A DNA stretch of 64,000 nucleotides from Auanema rhodensis (Eukaryota; Animalia; Nematoda): the NCBI GenBank assembly GCA_964057225.1, contig OZ059895.1, forward strand, positions 4,216,001 through 4,280,000, given 5' to 3'. Both the position numbers and the translations under genes were made by a program. The notes beneath the pieces are model-generated. The model was not told the origin of the DNA. It saw nothing but the letters and a program-made list of their open reading frames with translations, and did no database searches. Below, piece after piece: positions 11,455 through 26,300 of the stretch. Positions within the stretch are counted from its first letter, which is position 1. Each line of letters begins with the position of its first letter.

Positions 11455-13560
11455 AAAATCCGCATCGAATGCACTATACTACATTGAGAAACGCTTAATA
11501 CAAAAATTAGTTATGATTGTTTGAAAAATGATGCATTAGTGTATGTTGAGTTTCCATGTACACTCAACATTGCTTCCAAAAACATTTTGACAAAAATTTT
11601 TTCGAAAAATTTCAAAATAATTTAGCAAAAAGTAGATGTTTTTCGATTCCTTTTTTTAAGGCAAAGACGATGGACAATGTTATTCAACGAAAAAATCAAT
11701 TCTTCAGGGTGAAAATCGAGGATATAAGTGTGAACTTATATCAGTTGATATCTCGTTGCATTTTCAAGCTAGCGCAAATCTGATAACACAGATCGACGCA
11801 GCTTAAAAATCCGCATCGAATGCACTATACTACATTGAGAAACGCTTAATACAAAACTTAGTTATGATCGTTTGAAAAATGATGCATTAGTGTATGTTGA
11901 GTTTCCATGTACACTCAACATTGCTTCCAAAAACATTTGGACAAAAATGTTTTCGAAAAATTTCAAAATAATTTAGCAAAAAGTAGATGTTTTTAGATTC
12001 CTTTTTTTAAGGCAAAGACGATGGACAATGTTATTCAACGAAAAAATTAATTCTTCAGGGTGAAAATCGAGGATATAAGTGTGAACTTATATCAGTTGAT
12101 ATCTCGGTGCATTTTCAAGCTAGCGCAAATCTGATAACACAGATCGACGCAGCTTAAAAATCCGCATCGAATGCACTATACTTCATTGAGAAACGCTCAA
12201 TACAAAAATAAGTTATGATCGTTTGAAAAATGATGCATTAGTGTATGTTGAGTTTCCATGTACACTCAACATTGCTTCCAAAAACATTTTGACAAAAATT
12301 TTTTCGAAAAATTTCAAAATAATTTAGCAAAAAGTAGATGTTTTTAGATTCATTTTTTTAAGGCAAAGACGATGGACAATGTTATTCAACGAAAAAATTA
12401 ATTCTTCAGGGTGAAAATCGAGGATATATGTGTGAACTTATATCAGTTGATATCTCGGTGAATTTTCAAGCTAGCGCAAATCTGATAACACAGATCGACG
12501 CAGCTTAAAAATCCGCATCGAATGCACTATACTTCATTGAGAAACGCTTAATACAAAAATTAGTTATGATTGTTTGAAAAATGATGCATTAGTGTATGTT
12601 GAGTTTCCATGTACACTCAACATTGCTTCCAAAAACATTTTGACAAAAATTTTTTCGAAAAATTTCAAAATAATTTAGCAAAAAGTAGATGTTTTTAGAT
12701 TCATTTTTTTAAGGCAAAGACGATGGACAATGTTATTCAACGAAAAAATTAATTCTTCAGGGTGAAAATCGAGGATATAAGTGTGAACTTATATCAGTTG
12801 ATATCTCGGTGCATTTTCAAGCTAGCGCAAATCTGATAACACAGATCGACGCAGCTTAAAAATCCGCATCGAATGCACTATACTTCATTGAGAAACGCTT
12901 AATACAAAAATTAGTTATGATTGTTTGAAAAATGATGCATTAGTGTATGTTGAGTTTCCATGTACACTCAACATTGCTTCCAAAAACATTTTGACAAAAA
13001 TTTTTTCGAAAAATTTCAAAATAATTTAGCAAAAAGTAGATGTTTTTAGATTCCTTTTCTCAAGGCAAAGACGATGGACAATGTTATTCAACGAAAAAAT
13101 TAATTCTTCAGGGTGAAAATCGAGGATATAAGTGTGAACTTATATCAGTTGATATCTCGGTGCATTTTTAAGCTAGCGCAAATCTGATAACACAGATCGA
13201 CGCAGCTTAAAAATCCGCATCGAATACACTATACTACATTGAGAAACGTTTAATACAAAAATTAGTTATGATCGTTTGAAAAATGATGCATTAGTGTATG
13301 TTGAGTTTCCATGTACACTCAACATTGCTTCCAAAAACATTTTGACAAAAATTTTTTCGAAAAATTTCAAAATAATTTAGCAAAAAGTAGATGTTTTTAG
13401 ATTCCTTTTTTTAAGGCAAAGACGATGGACAATGTTATTCAACGAAAAAATTAATTCTTCAGGGTGAAAATCGAGGATATAAGTGTGAACTTATATCAGT
13501 TGATATCTCGGTGCATTTTTAAGCTAGCGCAAATCTGATAACACAGATCGACGCAGCTTA

Positions 13561-16500
13561 AAAATCCGCATCGAATACACTATACTACATTGAGAAACGT
13601 TTAATACAAAAATTAGTTATGATCGTTTGAAAAATGATGCATTAGTGTATGTTGAGTTTCCATGTACACTCAACATTGCTTCCAAAAACATTTTGACAAA
13701 AATTTTTTCGAAAAATTTCAAAATAATTTAGCAAAAAGTAGATGTTTTTAGATTCCTTTTTTAAAGGCAAAGATGATGGACAATGTTATTCAACGAAAAA
13801 ATTAATTCTTCAGGGTGAAAATCGAGGATATAAGTGTGAACTTATATCAGTTAATATCTCGGTGCATTTTTAAGCTAGCGCAAATCTGATAACACAGATC
13901 GACGCAGCTTACAAATCCGCATCGAATGCACTATACTTCATTGAGAAACGCTTAATACAAAACTTAGTTATGATCGTTTGAAAAATGATGCATTAGTGTA
14001 TGTTGAGTTTCCATGTACACTCAACATTGCTTCCAAAAACATTTTGACAAAAATTTTTTCGAAAAATTTCAAAATAATTTAGCAAAAAGTAGATGTTTTT
14101 AGATTCCTTTTCTAAAGGCAAAGATGATGGACAATGTTATTCAACGAAAAAATTAATTCTTCAGGGTGAAAATCGAGGATATAAGTGTGAACTTATATCA
14201 GTTGATATCTCGGTGCATTTTCAAGCTAGCGCAAATCTGACGCTTAAAAATCCGCATCGAATGCACTATACTTCATTGAGAAACGCTTAATACAAAACTT
14301 AGTTATGATCGTTTGAAAAATGATGCATTAGTGTATGTTGAGTTTCCATGTACACTCAACATTGCTTCCAAAAACATTTTGACAAAAATTTTTTCGAAAA
14401 ATATCAAATTAATTTAGCAAAAAGTAGATGTTTTTAGATTCATTTTTTTAAGGCAAAGACGATGGACAATGTTATTCAACGAAAAAATTAATTCTTCAGG
14501 GTGAAAATCGAGGATATAAGTGTGAACTTATATCAGTTGATATCTCGGTGCATTTTTAAGCTAGCGCAAATCTGATAACACAGATCGACGCAGCTTAAAA
14601 ATCCGCATCGAATACACTATACTACATTGAGAAACGTTTAATACAAAAATTAGTTATGATTGTTTGAAAAATGATGCATTAGTGTATGTTGAGTTTCCAT
14701 GTACACTCAACATTGCTTCCAAAAACATTTTGACAAAAATTTTTGCGAAAAATTTCAAAATAATTTAGCAAAAAGTAGATGTTTTTAGATTCCTTTTTTT
14801 AAGGCAAAGATGATGGACAATGTTATTCAACGAAAAAATTAATTCTTCAGGGTGAAAATCGAGGATATAAGTGTGAACTTATATCAGTTGATATCTCGGT
14901 GCATTTTTAAGCTAGCGCAAATCTGATAACACAGATCGACGCAGCTTAAAAATCCGCATCGAATACACTATACTACATTGAGAAACGTTTAATACAAAAA
15001 TTAGTTATGATCGTTTGAAAAATGATGCATTAGTGTATGTTGAGTTTCCATGTACACTCAACATTGCTTCCAAAAACATTTCGACAAAAATGTTTTCGAA
15101 AAATTTCAAAATAATTTAGCAAAAAGTAGATGTTTTTAGATTTCTTTTTTTAAGGCAAAGACGATGGACAATGTTATTCAACGAAAAAATTAATTCTTCA
15201 GGGTGAAAATCGAGGATATAAGTGTGAACTTATATCAGTTGATATCTCGGTGCATTTTTAAGCTAGCGCAAATCTGATAACACAGATCGACGCAGCTTAA
15301 AAATCCGCATCGAATACACTATACTACATTGAGAAACGTTTAATACAAAAATTAGTTATGATTGTTTGAAAAATGATGCATTAGTGTATGTTGAGTTTCC
15401 ATGTACACTCAACATTGCTTCCAAAAACATTTTGACAAAAATTTTTGCGAAAAATTTCAAAATAATTTAGCAAAAAGTAGATGTTTTTAGATTCCTTTTT
15501 TTAAGGCAAAGACGATGGACAATGTTATTCAACGAAAAAATTAATTCTTCAGGGTGAAAATCGAGGATATAAGTGTGAACTTATATCAGTTGATATCTCG
15601 GTGCATTTTTAAGCTAGCGCAAATCTGATAACACAGATCGACGCAGCTTAAAAATCCGCATCGAATACACTATACTACATTGAGAAACGTTTAATACAAA
15701 AATTAGTTATGATCGTTTGAAAAATGATGCATTAGTGTATGTTGAGTTTCCATGTACACTCAACATTGCTTCCAAAAACATTTTGACAAAAATTTTTTCG
15801 AAAAATTTCAAAATAATTTAGCAAAAAGTAGATGTTTTTAGATTCCTTTTTTAAAGGCAAAGATGATGGACAATGTTATTCAACGAAAAAATTAATTCTT
15901 CAGGGTGAAAATCGAGGATATAAGTGTGAACTTATATCAGTTAATATCTCGGTGCATTTTTAAGCTAGCGCAAATCTGATAACACAGATCGACGCAGCTT
16001 ACAAATCCGCATCGAATGCACTATACTTCATTGAGAAACGCTTAATACAAAACTTAGTTATGATCGTTTGAAAAATGATGCATTAGTGTATGTTGAGTTT
16101 CCATGTACACTCAACATTGCTTCCAAAAACATTTTGACAAAAATTTTTTCGAAAAATTTCAAAATAATTTAGCAAAAAGTAGATGTTTTTAGATTCCTTT
16201 TTTAAAGGCAAAGATGATGGACAATGTTATTCAACGAAAAAATTAATTCTTCAGGGTGAAAATCGAGGATATAAGTGTGAACTTATATCAGTTGATATCT
16301 CGGTGCATTTTCAAGCTAGCGCAAATCTGACGCTTAAAAATCCGCATCGAATGCACTATACTTCATTGAGAAACGCTTAATACAAAACTTAGTTATGATC
16401 GTTTGAAAAATGATGCATTAGTGTATGTTGAGTTTCCATGTACACTCAACATTGCTTCCAAAAACATTTTGACAAAAATTTTTGCGAAAAATTTCAAAAT

Positions 16501-19500
16501 AATTTAGCAAAAAGTAGATGTTTTTAGATTCCTTTTTTTAAGGCAAAGATGATGGACAATGTTATTCAACGAAAAAATTAATTCTTCAGGGTGAAAATCG
16601 AGGATATAAGTGTGAACTTATATCAGTTGATATCTCGGTGCATTTTTAAGCTAGCGCAAATCTGATAACACAGATCGACGCAGCTTAAAAATCCGCATCG
16701 AATGCACTATACTACATTGAGAAACGCTTAATACAAAAATTAGTTATGATTGTTTGAAAAATGATGCATTAGTGTATGTTGAGTTTCCATGTACACTCAA
16801 CATTGCTTCCAAAAACATTTTGACAAAAATTTTTTCGAAAAATTTCAAAATAATTTAGCAAAAAGTAGATGTTTTTCGATTCCTTTTTTTAAGGCAAAGA
16901 CGATGGACAATGTTATTCAACGAAAAAATCAATTCTTCAGGGTGAAAATCGAGGATATAAGTGTGAACTTATATCAGTTGATATCTCGTTGCATTTTCAA
17001 GCTAGCGCAAATCTGATAACACAGATCGACGCAGCTTAAAAATCCGCATCGAATGCACTATACTACATTGAGAAACGCTTAATACAAAACTTAGTTATGA
17101 TCGTTTGAAAAATGATGCATTAGTGTATGTTGAGTTTCCATGTACACTCAACATTGCTTCCAAAAACATTTCGACAAAAATGTTTTCGAAAAATTTCAAA
17201 ATAATTTAGCAAAAAGTAGATGTTTTTAGATTTCTTTTTTTAAGGCAAAGACGATGGACAATGTTATTCAACGAAAAAATTAATTCTTCAGGGTGAAAAT
17301 CGAGGATATAAGTGTGAACTTATATCAGTTGATATCTCGTTGCATTTTCAAGCTAGCGCAAATCTGATAACACAGATCGACGCAGCTTAAAAATCCGCAT
17401 CGAATGCACTATACTACATTGAGAAACGCTTAATACAAAAATTAGTTATGATTGTTTGAAAAATGATGCATTAGTGTATGTTGAGTTTCCATGTACACTC
17501 AACATTGCTTCCAAAAACATTTTGACAAAAATTTTTTCGAAAAATTTCAAAATAATTTAGCAAAAAGTAGATGTTTTTAGATTCCTTTTTTCAAGGCAAA
17601 GACGATGGACAATGTTATTCAACGAAAAAATTAATTCTTCAGGGTGAAAATCGAGGATATAAGTGTGAACTTATATCAGTTGATATCTCGGTGCATTTTC
17701 AAGCTAGCGCAAATCTGATAACACAGATCGACGCAGCTTAAAAATCCGCATCGAATGCACTATACTACATTGAGAAACGCTTAATACAAAACTTAGTTAT
17801 GATCGTTTGAAAAATGATGCATTAGTGTATGTTGAGTTTCCATGTACACTCAACATTGCTTCCAAAAACATTTGGACAAAAATGTTTTCGAAAAATTTCA
17901 AAATAATTTAGCAAAAAGTAGATGTTTTTAGATTCCTTTTTTTAAGGCAAAGACGATGGACAATGTTATTCAACGAAAAAATTAGTTCTTCAGGGTGAAA
18001 ATCGAGGATATAAGTGTGAACTTATATCAGTTGATATCTCGGTGCATTTTCAAGCTAGCGCAAATCTGATAACACAGATCGACGCAGCTTAAAAATCCGC
18101 ATCGAATACACTATACTACATTGAGAAACGTTTAATACAAAAATTAGTTATGATCGTTTGAAAAATGATGCATTAGTGTATGTTGAGTTTCCATGTACAC
18201 TCAACATTGCTTCCAAAAACATTTTGACAAAAATTTTTTCGAAAAATTTCAAAATAATTTAGCAAAAAGTAGATGTTTTTAGATTTCTTTTTTAAAGGCA
18301 AAGATGATGGACAATGTTATTCAACGAAAAAATTAATTCTTCAGGGTGAAAATCGAGGATATAAGTGTGAACTTATATCAGTTAATATCTCGGTGCATTT
18401 TTAAGCTAGCGCAAATCTGATAACACAGATCGACGCAGCTTACAAATCCGCATCGAATGCACTATACTTCATTGAGAAACGCTTAATACAAAACTTAGTT
18501 ATGATCGTTTGAAAAATGATGCATTAGTGTATGTTGAGTTTCCATGTACACTCAACATTGCTTCCAAAAACATTTTGACAAAAATTTTTTCGAAAAATTT
18601 CAAAATAATTTAGCGAAAAGTAGATGTTTTTAGATTCCTTTTTTAAAGGCAAAGATGATGGACAATGTTATTCAACGAAAAAATTAATTCTTCAGGGTGA
18701 AAATCAAGGATATAAGTGTGAACTTATATCAGTTGATATCTCGGTGCATTTTCAAGCTAGCGCAAATCTGACGCTTAAAAATCCGCATCGAATGCACTAT
18801 ACTTCATTGAGAAACGCTTAATACAAAACTTAGTTATGATCGTTTGAAAAATGATGCATTAGTGTATGTTGAGTTTCCATGTACACTCAACATTGCTTCC
18901 AAAAACATTTTGACAAAAATTTTTTCGAAAAATATCAAATTAATTTAGCAAAAAGTAGATGTTTTTAGATTCATTTTTTTAAGGCAAAGACGATGGACAA
19001 TGTTATTCAACGAAAAAATTAATTCTTCAGGGTGAAAATCGAGGATATAAGTGTGAACTTATATCAGTTGATATCTCGGTGCATTTTTAAGCTAGCGCAA
19101 ATCTGATAACACAGATCGACGCAGCTTAAAAATCCGCATCGAATACACTATACTACATTGAGAAACGTTTAATACAAAAATTAGTTATGATTGTTTGAAA
19201 AATGATGCATTAGTGTATGTTGAGTTTCCATGTACACTCAACATTGCTTCCAAAAACATTTTGACAAAAATTTTTGCGAAAAATTTCAAAATAATTTAGC
19301 AAAAAGTAGATGTTTTTAGATTCCTTTTTTTAAGGCAAAGATGATGGACAATGTTATTCAACGAAAAAATTAATTCTTCAGGGTGAAAATCGAGGATATA
19401 AGTGTGAACTTATATCAGTTGATATCTCGGTGCATTTTTAAGCTAGCGCAAATCTGATAACACAGATCGACGCAGCTTAAAAATCCGCATCGAATACACT

Positions 19501-20181
19501 ATACTACATTGAGAAACGTTTAATACAAAAATTAGTTATGATCGTTTGAAAAATGATGCATTAGTGTATGTTGAGTTTCCATGTACACTCAACATTGCTT
19601 CCAAAAACATTTCGACAAAAATGTTTTCGAAAAATTTCAAAATAATTTAGCAAAAAGTAGATGTTTTTAGATTTCTTTTTTTAAGGCAAAGACGATGGAC
19701 AATGTTATTCAACGAAAAAATTAATTCTTCAGGGTGAAAATCGAGGATATAAGTGTGAACTTATATCAGTTGATATCTCGGTGCATTTTTAAGCTAGCGC
19801 AAATCTGATAACACAGATCGACGCAGCTTAAAAATCCGCATCGAATACACTATACTACATTGAGAAACGTTTAATACAAAAATTAGTTATGATTGTTTGA
19901 AAAATGATGCATTAGTGTATGTTGAGTTTCCATGTACACTCAACATTGCTTCCAAAAACATTTTGACAAAAATTTTTGCGAAAAATTTCAAAATAATTTA
20001 GCAAAAAGTAGATGTTTTTAGATTCCTTTTTTTAAGGCAAAGACGATGGACAATGTTATTCAACGAAAAAATTAATTCTTCAGGGTGAAAATCGAGGATA
20101 TAAGTGTGAACTTATATCAGTTGATATCTCGGTGCATTTTTAAGCTAGCGCAAATCTGATAACACAGATCGACGCAGCTTA
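13561..20181. repeat. 6-monomer block (13561-15650) partly repeated in tandem (15651-16336, period 2090) and fully repeated at 18092-20181 (offset 4531)
   Basis: Seen: the private linked markers GTTAATATC and GCTTACAAATCC occur only near 13851/13911, 15941-16001 and 18381-18442, each followed by a 335-bp monomer. The order of downstream variants is the same in the first and third copies. Confidence 0.85.
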
Positions 20182-23100
20182 AAAATCCGCATCGAATACA
20201 CTATACTACATTGAGAAACGTTTAATACAAAAATTAGTTATGATCGTTTGAAAAATGATGCATTAGTGTATGTTGAGTTTCCATGTACACTCAACATTGC
20301 TTCCAAAAACATTTTGACAAAAATTTTTTCGAAAAATTTCAAAATAATTTAGCAAAAAGTAGATGTTTTTAGATTCCTTTTTTAAAGGCAAAGATGATGG
20401 ACAATGTTATTCAACGAAAAAATTAATTCTTCAGGGTGAAAATCGAGGATATAAGTGTGAACTTATATCAGTTGATATCTCGGTGCATTTTCAAGCTAGC
20501 GCAAATCTGACGCTTAAAAATCCGCATCGAATGCACTATACTTCATTGAGAAACGCTTAATACAAAACTTAGTTATGATCGTTTGAAAAATGATGCATTA
20601 GTGTATGTTGAGTTTCCATGTACACTCAACATTGCTTCCAAAAACATTTTGACAAAAATTTTTTCGAAAAATATCAAATTAATTTAGCAAAAAGTAGATG
20701 TTTTTAGATTCATTTTTTTAAGGCAAAGACGATGGACAATGTTATTCAACGAAAAAATTAATTCTTCAGGGTGAAAATCGAGGATATAAGTGTGAACATA
20801 TATCAGTTGATATCTCGGTGCATTTTCAAGCTAGCGCAAATCTGATAACACAGATCGACGCAGCTTAAAAATCCGCATCGAATGCACTATACTTCATTGA
20901 GAAACGCTTAATACAAAACTTAGTTATGATCGTTTGAAAAATGATGCATTAGTGTATGTTGAGTTTCCATGTACACTCAACATTGCTTCCAAAAACATTT
21001 TGACAAAAATTTTTGCGAAAAATTTCAAAATAATTTAGCAAAAAGTAGATGTTTTTAGATTCCTTTTTTTAAGGCAAAGATGATGGACAATGTTATTCAA
21101 CGAAAAAATTAATTCTTCAGGGTGAAAATCGAGGATATAAGTGTGAACTTATATCAGTTGATATCTCGGTGCATTTTTAAGCTAGCGCAAATCTGATAAC
21201 ACAGATCGACGCAGCTTAAAAATCCGCATCGAATGCACTATACTACATTGAGAAACGCTTAATACAAAAATTAGTTATGATTGTTTGAAAAATGATGCAT
21301 TAGTGTATGTTGAGTTTCCATGTACACTCAACATTGCTTCCAAAAACATTTTGACAAAAATTTTTTCGAAAAATTTCAAAATAATTTAGCAAAAAGTAGA
21401 TGTTTTTCGATTCCTTTTTTTAAGGCAAAGACGATGGACAATGTTATTCAACGAAAAAATCAATTCTTCAGGGTGAAAATCGAGGATATAAGTGTGAACT
21501 TATATCAGTTGATATCTCGTTGCATTTTCAAGCTAGCGCAAATCTGATAACACAGATCGACGCAGCTTAAAAATCCGCATCGAATGCACTATACTACATT
21601 GAGAAACGCTTAATACAAAACTTAGTTATGATCGTTTGAAAAATGATGCATTAGTGTATGTTGAGTTTCCATGTACACTCAACATTGCTTCCAAAAACAT
21701 TTTGACAAAAATTTTTTCGAAAAATTTCAAAATAATTTAGCAAAAAGTAGATGTTTTTCGATTCCTTTTTTTAAGGCAAAGACGATGGACAATGTTATTC
21801 AACGAAAAAATCAATTCTTCAGGGTGAAAATCGAGGATATAAGTGTGAACTTATATCAGTTGATATCTCGTTGCATTTTCAAGCTAGCGCAAATCTGATA
21901 ACACAGATCGACGCAGCTTAAAAATCCGCATCGAATGCACTATACTTCATTGAGAAACGCTTAATACAAAACTTAGTTATGATCGTTTGAAAAATGATGC
22001 ATTAGTGTATGTTGAGTTTCCATGTACACTCAACATTGCTTCCAAAAACATTTTGACAAAAATTTTTGCGAAAAATTTCAAAATAATTTAGCAAAAAGTA
22101 GATGTTTTTAGATTCCTTTTTTTAAGGCAAAGATGATGGACAATGTTATTCAACGAAAAAATTAATTCTTCAGGGTGAAAATCGAGGATATAAGTGTGAA
22201 CTTATATCAGTTGATATCTCGGTGCATTTTCAAGCTAGCGCAAATCTGACGCTTAAAAATCCGCATCGAATGCACTATACTTCATTGAGAAACGCTTAAT
22301 ACAAAACTTAGTTATGATCGTTTGAAAAATGATGCATTAGTGAATGTTGAGTTTCCATGTACACTCAACATTGCTTCCAAAAACATTTTGACAAAAATTT
22401 TTTCGAAAAATTTCAAAATAATTTAGCAAAAAGTAGATGTTTTTAGATTCCTTTTTTTAAGGCAAAGACGATGGACAATGTTATTCAACGAAAAAATTAA
22501 TTCTTCAGGGTGAAAATCGAGGATATAAGTGTGAACTTATATCAGTTGATATCTCGGTGCATTTTTAAGCTAGCGCAAATCTGATAACACAGATCGACGC
22601 AGCTTAAAAATCCGCATCGAATGCACTATACTACATTGAGAAACGCTTAATACAAAAATTAGTTATGATCATTTGAAAAATGATGCATTAGTGTATGTTG
22701 AGTTTCCATGTACACTCAACATTGCTTCCAAAAACATTTTGACAAAAATTTTTTCGCAAAATTTCAAAATAATTTAGCAAAAAGTAGATGTTTTTAGATT
22801 CCTTTTTTTAAGGCAAAGATGATGGACAATGTTATTCAACGAAAAAATTAATTCTTCAGGGTGAAAATCGAGGATATAAGTGTGAACTTATATCAGTTGA
22901 TATCTCGGTGCATTTTTAAGTTAGCGCAAATCTGATAACACAGATCGACGCAGCTTAAAAATCCGCATCGAATGCACTATACTTCATTGAGAGACGCTTA
23001 ATACAAAAATTAGTTATGATCGTTTGAAAAATGATGCATTAGTGTATGTTGAGTTTCCATGTACACTCAACATTGCTTCCAAAAACATTTTGACAAAAAT

Positions 23101-23308
23101 TTTTTCGAAAAATTTCAAAATAATTTAGCAAAAAGTAGATGTTTTTAGATTCCTTTTTTTAAGGCAAAGTTGATGGACAATGTTATTCAACGAAAAAATT
23201 AATTCTTCAGGGTGAAAATCGAGGATATAAGTGTGAACTTATATCAGTTGATATCTCGGTGCATTTTTAAGCTAGCGCAAATCTGATAACACAGATCGAC
23301 GCAGCTTA

Positions 23309-26300
23309 AAAATCCGCATCGAATGCACTATACTTCATTGAGAAACGCTTAATACAAAACTTAGTTATGATCGTTTGAAAAATGAGGCATTAGTGTATGT
23401 TGAGTTTCCATGTACACTCAACATTGCTTCCAAAAACATTTTGACAAAAATTTTTTCGAAAAATTTCAAAATAATTTAGCAAAAAGTAGATGTTATTAGA
23501 TTCCTTTTCTTAAGGCAAAGATGATGGACAATGTTATTCAACGAAAAAATTAATTCTTCAGGGTGAAAATCGAGGATATAAGTGTGAACTTATATCAGTT
23601 GATATCTCGGTGAATTTTTAAGCTAGCGCAAATCTGATAACACAGATCGACGCAGCTTAAAAATCCGCATCGAATGCACTATACTACACTGAGAAACGCT
23701 TAATACAAAAATTAGTTATGATCGTTTGAAAAATGATGCATTAGTGTATGTTGAGTTTCCATGTACACTCAACATTGCTTCCAAAAACATTTTGACAAAA
23801 ATTTTTTCGAAAAATTTCAAAATAATTTAGCAAAAAGTAGATGTTTTTAGATTCCTTTTTTTAAGGCAAAGATGATGGACAATGTTATTCAACGAAAAAA
23901 TTAATTCTTCAGGGTGAAAATCGAGGATATAAGTGTGAACTTATATCAGTTGATATCTCGGTGAATTTATAAGCTAGCGCAAATTTGATAACACAGATCG
24001 ACGAAGCTTAAAAATCCGCATCGAATGCACTATACTACACTGAGAAACGCTTAATACAAAAATTAGTTATGATCGTTTGAAAAATGATGCATTAGTGTAT
24101 GTTGAGTTTCCATGTACACTCAACATTGCTTCCAAAAACATTTTGACAAAAATTTTTTCGAAAAATTTCAAAATAATTTAGCAAAAAGTAGATGTTTTTA
24201 GATTCCTTTTTTCAAGGCAAAGACGATGGACAATGTTATTCAACGAAAAAATTAATTCTTCAGGGTGAAAATCGAGGATATAAGTGTGAACTTATATCAG
24301 TTGATATCTCGGTGCATTTTTAAGCTAGCGCAAATCTGATAACACAGATCGACGCAGCTTAAAAATCCGCATCGAATGCACTATACTACATTGAGAAACG
24401 CTTAATACAAAAATTAGTTATGATCGTTTGAAAAATGATGCATTAGTGTATGTTGAGTTTCCATGTACACTCAACATTGCTTCCAAAAACATTTTGACAA
24501 AAATTTTTTCGCAAAATTTCAAAATAATTTAGCAAAAAGTAGATGTTTTTAGATTCCTTTTTTCAAGGCAAAGACGATGGACAATGTTATTCAACGAAAA
24601 AATTAATTCTTCAGGGTGAAAATCGAGGATATAAGTGTGAACTTATATCAGTTGATATCTCGGTGCATTTTTAAGCTAGCGCAAATCTGATAACACAGAT
24701 CGACGCAGCTTAAAAATCCGCATCGAATGCACTATACTACACTGAGAAACGCTTAATACAAAAATTAGTTATGATCGTTTGAAAAATGATGCATTAGTGT
24801 ATGTTGAGTTTCCATGTACACTCAACATTGCTTCCAAAAACATTTTGACAAAAATTTTTTCGAAAAATTTCAAAATAATTTAGCAAAAAGTAGATGTTTT
24901 TAGATTCCTTTTTTCAAGGCAAAGACGATGGACAATGTTATTCAACGAAAAAATTAATTCTTCAGGGTGAAAATCGAGGATATAAGTGTGAACTTATATC
25001 AGTTGATATCTCGGTGCATTTTTAAGCTAGCGCAAATCTGATAACACAGATCGACGCAGCTTAAAAATCCGCATCGAATGCACTATACTACATTGAGAAA
25101 CGCTTAATACAAAAATTAGTTATGATCGTTTGAAAAATGATGCATTAGTGTATGTTGAGTTTCCATGTACACTCAACATTGCTTCCAAAAACATTTTGAC
25201 AAAAATTTTTTCGCAAAATTTCAAAATAATTTAGCAAAAAGTAGATGTTTTTAGATTCCTTTTTTTAAGGCAAAGATGATGGACAATGTTATTCAACGAA
25301 AAAATTAATTCTTCAGGGTGAAAATCGAGGATATAAGTGTGAACTTATATCAGTTGATATCTCGGTGCATTTTTAAGCTAGCGCAAATCTGATAACACAG
25401 ATCGACGCAGCTTAAAAATCCGCATCGAATGCACTATACTTCATTGAGAAACGCTTAATACAAAACTTAGTTATGATCGTTTGAAAAATGAGGCATTAGT
25501 GTATGTTGAGTTTCCATGTACACTCAACATTGCTTCCAAAAACATTTTGACAAAAATTTTTTCGAAAAATTTCAAAATAATTTAGCAAAAAGTAGATGTT
25601 ATTAGATTCCTTTTCTTAAGGCAAAGATGATGGACAATGTTATTCAACGAAAAAATTAATTCTTCAGGGTGAAAATCGAGGATATAAGTGTGAACTTATA
25701 TCAGTTGATATCTCGGTGAATTTTTAAGCTAGCGCAAATCTGATAACACAGATCGACGCAGCTTAAAAATCCGCATCGAATGCACTATACTACACTGAGA
25801 AACGCTTAATACAAAAATTAGTTATGATCGTTTGAAAAATGATGCATTAGTGTATGTTGAGTTTCCATGTACACTCAACATTGCTTCCAAAAACATTTTG
25901 ACAAAAATTTTTTCGAAAAATTTCGAAATAATTTAGCAAAAAGTAGATGTTTTTAGATTCCTTTTTTTAAGGCAAAGATGATGGACAATGTTATTCAACG
26001 AAAAAATTAATTCTTCAGGGTGAAAATCGAGGATATAAGTGTGAACTTATATCAGTTGATATCTCGGTGAATTTATAAGCTAGCGCAAATTTGATAACAC
26101 AGATCGACGAAGCTTAAAAATCCGCATCGAATGCACTATACTACACTGAGAAACGCTTAATACAAAAATTAGTTATGATCGTTTGAAAAATGATGCATTA
26201 GTGTATGTTGAGTTTCCATGTACACTCAACATTGCTTCCAAAAACATTTTGACAAAAATTTTTTCGAAAAATTTCAAAATAATTTAGCAAAAAGTAGATG

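Larger units (their letters stand above)
1..22255. repeat. Variant domain A (monomers 1-64): contains all thirteen 335-bp monomers
   Basis: Seen: AAATCTGACGCTT instead of AAATCTGATAACACAGATCGACGCAGCTT in monomers starting 1054, 1740, 5233, 6621, 7307, 8344, 9732, 10418, 13912, 16002, 18443, 20182, 21921. Also rich in CAAAACTT, AAACGTTT, TTTCGACAAAAATGTTT, TTTTGCGA and AATATCAAATT variants. Confidence 0.9.

Noticed and set aside
1235-20560. Twelve copies of a 65-aa ORF (MFLDSFFQGK...)
   Set aside because: It arises only where the 16-bp deletion shifts frame past a stop and codon 8 is CAA/AAA rather than TAA; the 13th deleted monomer (21921) has TAA and no ORF. No recognisable domain; a satellite by-product.
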